Shown here piece after piece: positions 17,850 to 27,235 of a stretch of DNA of 64,000 bases. Origin of the DNA: Bacteroidota bacterium (GTDB lineage: Bacteria > Bacteroidota > Bacteroidia > J057 > JADKCL01); contig JADKCL010000001.1 in the NCBI GenBank assembly GCA_016718825.1, positions 152,574 to 216,573 on the forward strand, read 5' to 3'. Every line of letters starts with the position of its first letter. The first letter of the stretch is position 1. A program made the translations under genes and the position numbers. The notes under the pieces were generated by a model. It did no database searches, had not been told where the DNA came from, and saw only the letters and a list, made by a program, of their open reading frames with translations.

Positions 17850-20800
17850 GTGATTACCAGGCGATTTCAAACGATTTACCTTTTTGCTATTTTGGGGTTC
17901 TTCCTTGGATCGCAGGTAAACGCGTTTGCGCAAACGGCCTACTTTAATGAGTGGCTTTCATCCCAAAATCAGTATGTCAAGCTCCTTGTGCCTTCTGATG
18001 GCCTATATAGGGTAACGGCATCGGACTTGCTCGGGGGTGGGTTGCATACAAATTCGCCAATCACCTCGGCCAATTTGCAAGTGTTTTACCGCGGAGTAGA
18101 GATTCCCATTTATGTAAAGGATAGTATTTCAGGTGGGTTTGAGTACCTGGAGTTTTATGGGTACAAGAACGATGGTGCCATTGACTCCCTGTTGTATCGA
18201 AGCAGTGATCCGCCATTTGAAAATAAGCCGGCGTTGCAGCCAAACCTTTTCTCGAGCTTTTTCACGGATACTTCGGCTTATTTTGTGACGTGGGATGCTG
18301 TGGGAAGCCAAAGATTACAGCCGCTCGCCACGCAGAATTTTCAGACATTTTCACCGGAGCCTTGGTACAGGTACCGCGTATTGCAGGAGTACGACGAGAG
18401 TTTTTTTGTCGGTGGTGGAGATGCGAATGATTATTGGCATGTTCTGAACCCGGATTGGGTCATTGGTGAAGGGAATATTGGTGGGACATTCCGTACGGGA
18501 GATTTGCCCAACGTCATGGCAAGGTTTCTCAAAACGCCGGGTTTTGTAAATTCCGGCAATCCGGTACATGTCGCGGCACGCGTCGTTGGGGCCAATAATA
18601 CCGCGCAGCATATCCTGGCGATTGACCTTGCGTTTGTGGAAAGGTATCGAGACACCACTGCCAATATCAATGTGCATTCGGTTGAATTTGATGCCCCGAT
18701 TTCCTTGGATTCAATGACGCTTCTTCGATTCCATGCCTACGGGCAAAGTGTTCCGTTGGACAATCAACGAGCCTGTTGGGCGACAATCGATTACGACCGC
18801 AACCTGGATCTCAAGGGTGATGCTGCAACCACCCTCCGTCAATGGCAAAAGAACGATACGGCTTACTTTAGATTTTTCAATGCCGATGTGAACTCAGAAG
18901 CATGGTTGGTTGATTTGACGTTGAAGCAGCGTGTGGCAGCAACCGTTCTCGGCGATACACTGCACTTTTTGGTTCCGGGTTCACCGCTTAGGCGCGACCT
19001 TTACCTCGTCACCGATCGTGGTCTACAAACTGCCGCCATTGAACCCGAGCTCGTTTTGCCGCTGATTTCCACGGATACTGTTGGTGGGGATTTTGTGATC
19101 ATCACCCATCGCAAGTTCAAAAATTCGGCGGAGGCCTATGCCAATTACCGTGACACCTGTACCACCAATCCGTTTTTGCAGCCCAAAATTGTCTATATCG
19201 ACCAGATTTTTGATGAATTTGGCTTTGGTTCTGTGACGCCTTGGGCGATCAAGAATTTCTGCAGGTTTGCGATGGAGCAATGGCAGATCAAACCTAAACA
19301 CTTCTTGATTTGGGGGAAAGGCCGCAATACCGGTAAAAAGGACAATCGGGAAAACTACATCCCGGTGTTCGGAACACCTGCGAATGATCTGGAATATGTA
19401 ACCAATTTCAGCCGTGATGTCGTCGATCTTGTCCCGAAAGCTGGACTTGGCAGGGTCAGCATCAAGGAAGACGGACAGGGATTTGATTACCTCAACAAAA
19501 TCAATGAATACGAGCATCTATTGCCCGAGCCTTGGACAAAAAATGCCTTGTTTATGGGTGGTGGGGCAACCGCCACCCAACAAAATGCCATCAATTTCTA
19601 TTTGACTGACTCGGTGGATGGATTTAAGCCATTTTGGGAAAATGCGCCGCTCAATGGACGGGTCTGGTCTTACCAAAAACGCAACAATGGGTTTGAATTC
19701 AACGATGGGATGACCACAGAGGAGCGCATCAATGCCGGTGTCAGCCTTCTTCAGTTTTATGGGCATTCCGCGGTGAGTGTATTTGAGTTGGACATTTTGG
19801 AGCCCAATCTTTACAAAAATGAAGGGAAGTATCCGCTTATGGTTGCCTTTGGCTGTTCTGGAGGGAACTATTATTTGGAAGGGGCGAGCTACGGAGAACG
19901 GTTTATCTTACAACCGGGCAAAGGGGGCATCGGATTCTTAGGCAATACCACATCTGGCGTACTGAGCTTGCTTGGGCAATATGGGCAGGCCCTGTATGCG
20001 GTGGCCCTGAGGGACTCGTTTGGCAGCTCGATCGGTACGATATTAACGGAAACCATCCGTAGGTTTGGGAACAAGGTTTCTATGCAGACGAATATTCACG
20101 GTGCAAATCATTGCAAGCAATTGAACCTGCAAGGTGATCCGGCTGTTGCATTGAACCTGCCCAGGAAATGTGATCTGCGCATCGGTTCAGAAGACATCTA
20201 TTTCCCCGACGGCTTTCCAGTCGCGCTGGATCAATCCTTCAAGATGAATATCGTGCTCCACAACGATGGGCGGAGTTTTGAGGATTCCTTTTCTGTTTAT
20301 ATCCAACAACAATTGCCCAATGGTGGATTGGTCGTCTTTAGTGACACCGTTCGGCATGGGGCATTTGCATTCGTTGATACCCTTGAACTGACGATCCCCA
20401 ACATCAGCGGCTATGCCTCGGCAGGCTACAACAAATTTTTGGTGCATGTGGATCCCTTGGATTCTTTGGATGAGTTGGTGGAGCAATCCAACAACACTGC
20501 AGAAGTAGAGCAGCTATTTGTTGGCAGTATTGCCAAACCGTTGGAACCCTCAGAGTTTGCCATTGTGCCACATGCGACGGTAGCCTTGGTTGCCTCCACC
20601 TTGCAAATGGTCGCGAGCGGGCCCTTGCGTTACTCTTTTGAGATCGACACCGTTTATACATTCGATTCGCCCTTCAAAAAGGCCTCTCCAGCGATCATGG
20701 GTAATTCTGCAATGGGTGAATGGCCGATTCCCTTTGCCATGACCCCCGGACAGGTCTATTATTGGCGGTCGCGGCTCACTGACTCTTACCCCGAGCAGTG

Positions 20801-22817
20801 GACTTCAAGCTCAATGAAGTATGAGCCAAATAAATCCGGATGGTCACAAGGCAAGGCGCCGCAATGGTTTGAAGACGCGACGGAAGGAATTCAGATCGAT
20901 GAAATTTCACAGGCTTGGGAATTTGAACGATGGACGACGGAATTGCATGCTTATATTCTTTCCTATGGATTCCCCGGAAAGGCCGTGTACTTCATGGGCA
21001 ATTATGCGTCGACCAACGATGCTCCGAGTGGTGTGCTTTTTACACCCATCGATCAAAAAACATTGATTCCCAAAATTCTGGATACGCCATTGCAAGGAGA
21101 TTGGCGCTTTCTTTCGGCTCCCCCATCACCCGATCAAAACACACTCACTGATCTGCCTTTGGCCATTGCCTCGACAGAACCGGGGGACTATTTCTTGCTT
21201 GTGACGAGCGGAAATCCGGCGATGCAAAATTGGCAGGACCAGGTTTTGCAGGCTTTGGAAATGGTGGGTGGGAGCTACGCGGTCCTTCGTCCGATGCAAG
21301 ATGGTGACCGGTTGATCTTCCTGGGTCAAAAGGGTGCTGCACCTGGCACGGCCACGATGATCACAAGGCCCAATTTGGAGGTCGACGGTTTTCCGCCGAT
21401 GCATGATCTAACCAAGAACATGTCAGCGATTCGATCCTCCGGTCAAATCCTTAGTAGCACGATCGGTCCCGCATCAAGTTGGCAAAACCTTACATTGGAT
21501 TGGTCGACACTTGACCCTTTTGTCGGTGACAGCCTCAGTGTGTCGGTTTACGGAATTCGCAGGGATGGGTCGGAGGCCTTGTTGATTCCGCACTTGACAG
21601 ACACCGCAATAAGCTTGGGAGGAATCAATGCAGATAGCTTCCCCACACTCCGGCTTCAGGGAATGGCACGGGACATGATACATTTTACGGCCCCGCAGCT
21701 GAATGAATGGGAAGTCTTTTTTGACCCCGTCGCAGATTTGGCCGTCGATGCCAACAGGGGAGTCATGGTGCCGGATACGGTGGAGGAAGGGCAGATCATT
21801 CCGGTCAGTTTTTTTGTGCGGAACCTGACTTCCCAGACCATGGACAGCGTGCGCGTCAAATATACCTTGCAGGCATCCAACAGAAGTCTCATCGAAGTAG
21901 GCACCAAGCGATACAGCGGATTTGAGGCACGGGAGATTCGCAGAATGGAATATGCCATCCCTACCAGCGGTATCGGTCTCGAAGCAGGGCGCTACACCTT
22001 GATCATTGAGGTCAATCCCGAAAGCGAAGTCCCTGAGAATCAGCATTTCAACAATTTCTATTACGAGCCCTTGTGGGTGCGCACCGATGGGCTTGGGCCG
22101 ATCGTCGATGTCACGATCGATGGCAAGCACCTGATGGCAGGCGACATTGTATCTCCGGAGCCTACCATTGTGATTCAGATCAACGATGAAAATGCCTACC
22201 TGCCCGTGGCTGTCAGTGACAGCACTTACCGCATTTGGTTTGGGGTGGAAAGGTCGTTTCGCAGCAATCCGATGGTGACGATCGAGAACAATGACAGCAT
22301 CGAAGTCGTGCCGGTGAGGATGCCGGAAAACAAAAGCCGGCTCATCTTCAAACCCGGGCGTTTGGCCGACGGGGAATATACCCTCGCTGTGCAGGGATTT
22401 GATGCCAAGGGCAACGAAGCCGCGCGGAAACCTTATGTGATCCAGATGAATGTCGTCAACCAGAAGGCCATCAGCGAGGTTTTGCCTTATCCCAATCCAT
22501 TTTCCAGCGCCTGCCACTTCGTTTATACCTTGACCGGGGATGAAAAACCCAGCCGGTTTGACGTTGAGATTTATACGATCACGGGCAAACTCGTGAAGGT
22601 GATCGATTTGTTGGCCATGGGCGAAGTGCATTTCGGCTACAACGTGACGCAGTATGCTTGGGATGGCCGCGACGAATTTGGCGATCAGCTCGCGAATGGG
22701 GTTTACCTCTACCGCGTGAGAACCAAATTTGAAAACCAGGCAAGCGTCGAACTCCGAGACGAAGGCATCTCAGGCTATTTCAAAAACGGATTCGGGAAAA
22801 TGTACCTGATGCGCTAA
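17850..22817 (+). CDS. giant peptidase C25 (gingipain-fold) PorU-like protein with a T9SS CTD, paralog 2
   Basis: 1655 aa with a GTG start and signal peptide. It is collinear with paralog 1 along its whole length. The dyad is retained (LLQFYGHSAVS...LMVAFGCSGGNY), and the CTD ends in the identical FKNGFGKMYLMR. Confidence 0.75.
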   Translation: MITRRFQTIYLFAILGFFLGSQVNAFAQTAYFNEWLSSQNQYVKLLVPSDGLYRVTASDLLGGGLHTNSPITSANLQVFYRGVEIPIYVKDSISGGFEYLEFYGYKNDGAIDSLLYRSSDPPFENKPALQPNLFSSFFTDTSAYFVTWDAVGSQRLQPLATQNFQTFSPEPWYRYRVLQEYDESFFVGGGDANDYWHVLNPDWVIGEGNIGGTFRTGDLPNVMARFLKTPGFVNSGNPVHVAARVVGANNTAQHILAIDLAFVERYRDTTANINVHSVEFDAPISLDSMTLLRFHAYGQSVPLDNQRACWATIDYDRNLDLKGDAATTLRQWQKNDTAYFRFFNADVNSEAWLVDLTLKQRVAATVLGDTLHFLVPGSPLRRDLYLVTDRGLQTAAIEPELVLPLISTDTVGGDFVIITHRKFKNSAEAYANYRDTCTTNPFLQPKIVYIDQIFDEFGFGSVTPWAIKNFCRFAMEQWQIKPKHFLIWGKGRNTGKKDNRENYIPVFGTPANDLEYVTNFSRDVVDLVPKAGLGRVSIKEDGQGFDYLNKINEYEHLLPEPWTKNALFMGGGATATQQNAINFYLTDSVDGFKPFWENAPLNGRVWSYQKRNNGFEFNDGMTTEERINAGVSLLQFYGHSAVSVFELDILEPNLYKNEGKYPLMVAFGCSGGNYYLEGASYGERFILQPGKGGIGFLGNTTSGVLSLLGQYGQALYAVALRDSFGSSIGTILTETIRRFGNKVSMQTNIHGANHCKQLNLQGDPAVALNLPRKCDLRIGSEDIYFPDGFPVALDQSFKMNIVLHNDGRSFEDSFSVYIQQQLPNGGLVVFSDTVRHGAFAFVDTLELTIPNISGYASAGYNKFLVHVDPLDSLDELVEQSNNTAEVEQLFVGSIAKPLEPSEFAIVPHATVALVASTLQMVASGPLRYSFEIDTVYTFDSPFKKASPAIMGNSAMGEWPIPFAMTPGQVYYWRSRLTDSYPEQWTSSSMKYEPNKSGWSQGKAPQWFEDATEGIQIDEISQAWEFERWTTELHAYILSYGFPGKAVYFMGNYASTNDAPSGVLFTPIDQKTLIPKILDTPLQGDWRFLSAPPSPDQNTLTDLPLAIASTEPGDYFLLVTSGNPAMQNWQDQVLQALEMVGGSYAVLRPMQDGDRLIFLGQKGAAPGTATMITRPNLEVDGFPPMHDLTKNMSAIRSSGQILSSTIGPASSWQNLTLDWSTLDPFVGDSLSVSVYGIRRDGSEALLIPHLTDTAISLGGINADSFPTLRLQGMARDMIHFTAPQLNEWEVFFDPVADLAVDANRGVMVPDTVEEGQIIPVSFFVRNLTSQTMDSVRVKYTLQASNRSLIEVGTKRYSGFEAREIRRMEYAIPTSGIGLEAGRYTLIIEVNPESEVPENQHFNNFYYEPLWVRTDGLGPIVDVTIDGKHLMAGDIVSPEPTIVIQINDENAYLPVAVSDSTYRIWFGVERSFRSNPMVTIENNDSIEVVPVRMPENKSRLIFKPGRLADGEYTLAVQGFDAKGNEAARKPYVIQMNVVNQKAISEVLPYPNPFSSACHFVYTLTGDEKPSRFDVEIYTITGKLVKVIDLLAMGEVHFGYNVTQYAWDGRDEFGDQLANGVYLYRVRTKFENQASVELRDEGISGYFKNGFGKMYLMR

Positions 22818-22820
22818 GGC

Positions 22821-23309
22821 CTATCGCTTCTGGTTTTCAATCAAATCGTCGCTGATCGGCAAGACCATTTCGTTTTTGATGGTCGACAGCACCACCTTGG
22901 ATTGGATATGCCCCACGCCATCAATTTTGGACAACTTCTCGACGATGAACTTTTGATAGTCCGAGATGCTCTGCGTATGCATTTTGAGCAAAAAGTCCCC
23001 GTCGCCCGTGATATGGTAGGTTTCCACGATTTCGGGGAGGGCCTTGATCGAATCGATGAACTGCTCAATCTTGAAATGGCTATGGTAATTGAGCTTCACT
23101 TCGATGAAGACTGTGATCGCCAAACCGATCTTTTCCGGATCCACCAAGGCGTGATAGGATTGAATCATGCCGGAGACTTCGAGCTTGCGCACGCGCTCGA
23201 GCGTAGGCGCGGGGGAAAGTCCGACTTCGCTGGCTAGCTGCGCATTGGTCACACGGCCGCGCTCCTGCAAGATTTTGAGAATGCTGTAATCGATCTTATC
23301 AAGTTTCAT
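22821..23309 (-). CDS. Lrp/AsnC-family transcriptional regulator
   Basis: 162 aa with an N-terminal wHTH (LDKIDYSILKILQERGRVTNAQLASEVGLSPAPTLERVRKLE) and a C-terminal RAM/AsnC_trans_reg domain. Confidence 0.9.
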   Translation of the reverse strand: MKLDKIDYSILKILQERGRVTNAQLASEVGLSPAPTLERVRKLEVSGMIQSYHALVDPEKIGLAITVFIEVKLNYHSHFKIEQFIDSIKALPEIVETYHITGDGDFLLKMHTQSISDYQKFIVEKLSKIDGVGHIQSKVVLSTIKNEMVLPISDDLIENQKR

Positions 23310-23634
23310 GGCAAAGCGTCAAGGGTATAAATTCCAAGCAAAATGAAGCTGAACAGGCAAGGGTATTCCTTGCAGGCAATCACCAGCAAACGGGTTTAGA
23401 CAACAAAAGAGAATCCACCAAAATCCACAACCAAATCCGCCTTCAGCACTTTGGGTGCCATCTTTCCAACCAGACGAATTCACCCTAAAGATAGAACCTT
23501 CGACGTGATATCATTGAATTGGCCCCGAAATAAATTGTTTTGAACCAAGCCATGACCCCATTCGAATGACATTCAGGGCCGCGCTGCTGTTGAAATTTGG
23601 TGGGCAAATCCATTCGGATTCCTATTTTTGCGCC

Positions 23635-25167
23635 ATGAGTTACGCCGACGTTTTCCAAAAGGTCATTTCCCACGCCAAAGAATATGGCTTCATCTATCCA
23701 TCTTCCGAAATTTATGACGGTCTGAGCGCCGTTTACGATTACGGCCCGATGGGCGTCGAACTCAAAAACAACATCAAGGATGCTTGGTGGCGCGCCATGG
23801 TACAGATGCACGAAAACATCGTGGGTCTGGATTCGGCCATCCTCATGCACCCCAAAATCTGGAAGGCTTCGGGTCACGTGGATGCATTCAACGATCCATT
23901 GATCGACAACAAAGACTCCAAAAAGCGCTACCGCGCCGACGTTTTGGTCGAGGACTACATCCAAAACAAGCTCGAAAGCAAAATCACCAAGGAAGTCGAA
24001 AAGGCTGCCAAGCGCTTCGAAAACTTTGACGAAGCCATGTTCCGGCAGACCAATGCCCGCGTGGTCGAGTATCAAGCCAAGGTCGATGAAGTCAATGCCC
24101 GTTTTGTGGCAGCGATGGAGGCCGACAACCTTGACGAGCTCCGGCAGATCATCATCGACCTGGAAATCGCCTGCCCCGAAAGCGGCTCCCGCAACTGGAG
24201 CGAGGTCAAGCAGTTCAACCTCATGTTCAAAACGCAACTCGGCGCTGTGGCCGGCGACGCGATGGACCTCTACCTCCGTCCGGAAACGGCCCAAGGCATC
24301 TTCGTCAACTTCCTCAACGTCTACAAAACTTCCCGCGTCAAGGTTCCCTTTGGCATCGCCCAAATCGGCAAAGCCTTCCGCAACGAGATCGTCGCCCGGC
24401 AGTTCATCTTCCGCATGCGGGAGTTTGAGCAAATGGAAATGCAGTTTTTCGTGCGCCCCGGCACCCAAGCTGAATGGTTTGATCAATGGAAGGAGAAGCG
24501 TAAGAAATGGCACCTTGCCTTGGGTTTGCCAGCAAACCGGTTGCGCTTCCACGTGCACGAGAAGCTCGCCCACTACGCCAAAGCCGCCGAAGACATCCAA
24601 TTTGAATTCCCATTCGGATTCAAGGAAATGGAAGGCATCCACAGCCGTGGCGATTTTGACCTCAAGCAACACGAGGAGCACAGCGGCAAAAAACTGCAAT
24701 ACTACGATCCCGAACTCAGGGAGAGCTACGTGCCTTACGTGATCGAAACATCCGTCGGCCTTGACCGCACCTTCCTCGCCCACATGACCAACGCCTACAC
24801 CGAGGAGGAAGTCAATGGCGAGACACGCGTCGTGCTCAAGCTGCATCCGGCATTGGCACCGATCAAGGTTGCTGTATTTCCACTCGTTGAAAAGGACGGC
24901 CTGCCCGACATCGCCCTCGATGTCTTCAACCGCCTGAAATACGACTTCCGCACCCACTACGAAGACGGCAAGGACGGCATCGGCCGCCGTTACCGCCGCA
25001 TGGATGCGATCGGCACGCCCTACGCGATCACGGTCGACCACCAAACCGCCGAAGACGGCACGGTCACCCTCCGCGAGCGCGACACGATGGAGCAAATCCG
25101 CATCAAAATCGAGGACATCAACGGGCATATCGCCGCAAAGTTGAGCATGCGGAATATTTTGAGTTGA
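23635..25167 (+). CDS. glyQS: glycine--tRNA ligase (dimeric class II GlyRS)
   Basis: The ATG at 23635 gives MSYADVFQKVISHAKEYGFIYPSSEIYDGLSAVYDYGPMGVELKNNIK. Class II motifs are present (FRNEI..R...FRMREFEQME, ETSVGLDR), along with a C-terminal anticodon-binding domain. Confidence 0.95.
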   Translation: MSYADVFQKVISHAKEYGFIYPSSEIYDGLSAVYDYGPMGVELKNNIKDAWWRAMVQMHENIVGLDSAILMHPKIWKASGHVDAFNDPLIDNKDSKKRYRADVLVEDYIQNKLESKITKEVEKAAKRFENFDEAMFRQTNARVVEYQAKVDEVNARFVAAMEADNLDELRQIIIDLEIACPESGSRNWSEVKQFNLMFKTQLGAVAGDAMDLYLRPETAQGIFVNFLNVYKTSRVKVPFGIAQIGKAFRNEIVARQFIFRMREFEQMEMQFFVRPGTQAEWFDQWKEKRKKWHLALGLPANRLRFHVHEKLAHYAKAAEDIQFEFPFGFKEMEGIHSRGDFDLKQHEEHSGKKLQYYDPELRESYVPYVIETSVGLDRTFLAHMTNAYTEEEVNGETRVVLKLHPALAPIKVAVFPLVEKDGLPDIALDVFNRLKYDFRTHYEDGKDGIGRRYRRMDAIGTPYAITVDHQTAEDGTVTLRERDTMEQIRIKIEDINGHIAAKLSMRNILS

Positions 25168-25263
25168 GTGTTGAAGCGTCGGCGTCCCTTTTTGAAGCGG
25201 CGGCGTCCCGCCGCAACGCTGATGCTGCCGTCCGCCTCCGGCGGGCGAAAACGGTCTAGCTCG

Positions 25264-25311
25264 ACGGGCAACGCACAAAAAGCAAAACGTAAGCTTGCGT
25301 GCGTTGCCCGT
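25264..25311 (+). terminator. 13-bp perfect-stem hairpin downstream of glyQS, a possible terminator or REP-like element
   Basis: ACGGGCAACGCAC (25264-25276) pairs perfectly with GTGCGTTGCCCGT (25299-25311). No T-run follows, so the terminator role is uncertain. Confidence 0.3.
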
Positions 25312-25382
25312 ATAGTCGCCGGATTATCAGTGCAGAACCTGCAATAAGCATTTCCCAGTCCCACACCAATAAAATTCCTTCG

Positions 25383-26405
25383 ATGACCAAGATCTTGAAA
25401 AGAAGCAGTTTCATTTTCGCATGCGCGGTGAGTTTCTGCATGGCCCTCCTGCCAAGTTGCAGCGGCGGAGCTTCAAAACCCGCCGAAACAGAACAATCCA
25501 CAGCCCCCAAGTCCTACCAAAATGGCGATCTGATGGTCGGCGGTAAAAAAGGGGAAATGTGGTTCCAAACCTACGGTGGTGAAAAGGCTTTCAACGGCGC
25601 TACCTTCCATTTTGCGCGCGATTTCTACCGCGGCTATGCACCGGTCATCAAGATGGTCGATGGCAAGGAACTCCATGGTATCATCAATTTGAAAGGCGAG
25701 GAAGTCATCAAGATCGAGCACCCTGAGCCGATCGACGCCTACGACAACGGCTACTTCCAAATCGGGTCGATGGACAAACAAGGTTACCTTGACAGCACTG
25801 GAAAGCTCGTGATTCCGATGAATTACGGCAGGTCCAAAGGCGTCTATGACGGGCTGTTTGTGCTGCAGAAGGGCCTCAATTGGGGTGTGGTCAACGCGAA
25901 TGGGCAGGAAGTCACGCCTTTCATTTACACCGATGCGCATGGCTATGCCGACAATGGCTTGATGATGGTGGAGAAGAAGTACAAATGCGGCTTCATCGAC
26001 CGGGAGGGCAAGGAGGTAATCCCCTGTTCCTACGAATCAGCGACAAGTTTTGAGCAAGGTGTCGCCATTGCCCGCATTGGCGAAAAATACGGCTTGATCG
26101 ATGCCACAAATCAGCACATCACTGGATTTGATTTTGACGAATTCAAGTTTGAGACGACTTCTGTTGAGGATGCAGGAAGCCAAACGGGTTACTCCAACGT
26201 CGGCAAGCGCATCATCACCGAAGGTGGGTACTCCGTTTTCCGCAAAGGCAAAATGTGGGGCGCCGTCAATCCAAAGGGAGAAATTGTGATCCCCTTCGAA
26301 TTTGACTACATGGGCAGCGCCGACGCCATGGGCGTGAATGTCGGTCTCGGCAAACGCCGCGGAACTTACGATCTCGAGAAAAAAGAGGTGAAGTGGTTGG
26401 ATTGA
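25383..26405 (+). CDS. WG-repeat-containing lipoprotein
   Basis: The ATG at 25383 gives a lipobox (ALLPSCSGG). Repeated units of the KWG/WG type are present (WGVVNANGQEVTPFIY, CGFIDREGKEVIPCSY, YGLIDATNQHIT, WGAVNPKGEIVIPFEF). Confidence 0.7.
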   Translation: MTKILKRSSFIFACAVSFCMALLPSCSGGASKPAETEQSTAPKSYQNGDLMVGGKKGEMWFQTYGGEKAFNGATFHFARDFYRGYAPVIKMVDGKELHGIINLKGEEVIKIEHPEPIDAYDNGYFQIGSMDKQGYLDSTGKLVIPMNYGRSKGVYDGLFVLQKGLNWGVVNANGQEVTPFIYTDAHGYADNGLMMVEKKYKCGFIDREGKEVIPCSYESATSFEQGVAIARIGEKYGLIDATNQHITGFDFDEFKFETTSVEDAGSQTGYSNVGKRIITEGGYSVFRKGKMWGAVNPKGEIVIPFEFDYMGSADAMGVNVGLGKRRGTYDLEKKEVKWLD

Positions 26406-26419
26406 AAGGGATTCCAAAA

Positions 26420-26920
26420 ATGTACAGACACGGGATTTCCTTCATCTCTATTCTCGTGTTGCTTACAACAAATTGTTTCTCACAGCATGGCCGCCATGCT
26501 GCTTTTGAAGGGCGCAACGAAAGACCGGTGGAGGTGCCTGACAGCCCTTGGGAGGTTTATATCGGTTGGTTTGATTCCACGGATGCCTTTCACATTACCG
26601 ATTCGATAAGTGCAGTGGATACCCTGACCGGACGAATGGACAATGTACGGTCGAATGGGCAATTCCTGTTTTGGAATTGCATGTATCGGACGCACCACAG
26701 AAAGAGAGTGGTTTTGGGTTACGGCTATATGCCGATTGAAAACGGGAAACTCCAGCCGCAACAGCGTGTGGCTTTTACAATTCGCAAGCGAATAGATCCT
26801 CAGGCCCGTTTACGTGTTGAATTCGCTGACGACGATTTAGAATTCCCAACCCAGTTCGGACTTTATCATTTACGGATATTGAAATTCCAGAATATGTCTT
26901 CACAAAAAAGCGCTCGTTGA
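26420..26920 (+). CDS. hypothetical secreted protein, possibly an immunity partner of the downstream effector-like gene
   Basis: The ATG at 26420 gives the signal peptide MYRHGISFISILVLLTTNCFSQ. About 166 aa with no family recognised. The functional suggestion comes from position only. Confidence 0.5.
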   Translation: MYRHGISFISILVLLTTNCFSQHGRHAAFEGRNERPVEVPDSPWEVYIGWFDSTDAFHITDSISAVDTLTGRMDNVRSNGQFLFWNCMYRTHHRKRVVLGYGYMPIENGKLQPQQRVAFTIRKRIDPQARLRVEFADDDLEFPTQFGLYHLRILKFQNMSSQKSAR

Positions 26921-27235
26921 AGCCATGCGTCTATTGGTGCGTGCGGTGAAGGGCTACCCCAGAAGCATCAAAGCAGACTACTTGAAGGACTTGTTCGAGA
27001 ATATTTAAGCGCAAAATGGACGATTGAGTGAGCCACTTCAAAAAGGCTCACCTCCCCACCGCAATCACCATCTTCCCGGCCAATAGGATCTCTCTCAGCT
27101 TCATTCAGGTCATCTCGCCGCCCAAGGAAGATGCCAGCCCCTAACCCAAACCCGCAATCCCCTAACTCACGCGCGTAAGAGAAAAGTCCGAGCCCCACCT
27201 TGGCAGTCAATTCACCCTATTGTCTGCCAAAGTCC

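Noticed and set aside
23485-25278. 597-aa ORF on the minus strand
   Set aside because: It lies entirely antisense to the unmistakable GlyRS gene. Its V/D/F/G/L-rich composition shows no recognisable domain, as expected for a shadow ORF.
26968-27210. 80-aa minus-strand ORF in the gap upstream of effector-like gene A
   Set aside because: It has G/D/L-rich low-complexity sequence, no start context and no homolog recollection. This 315-bp region is more likely non-coding.
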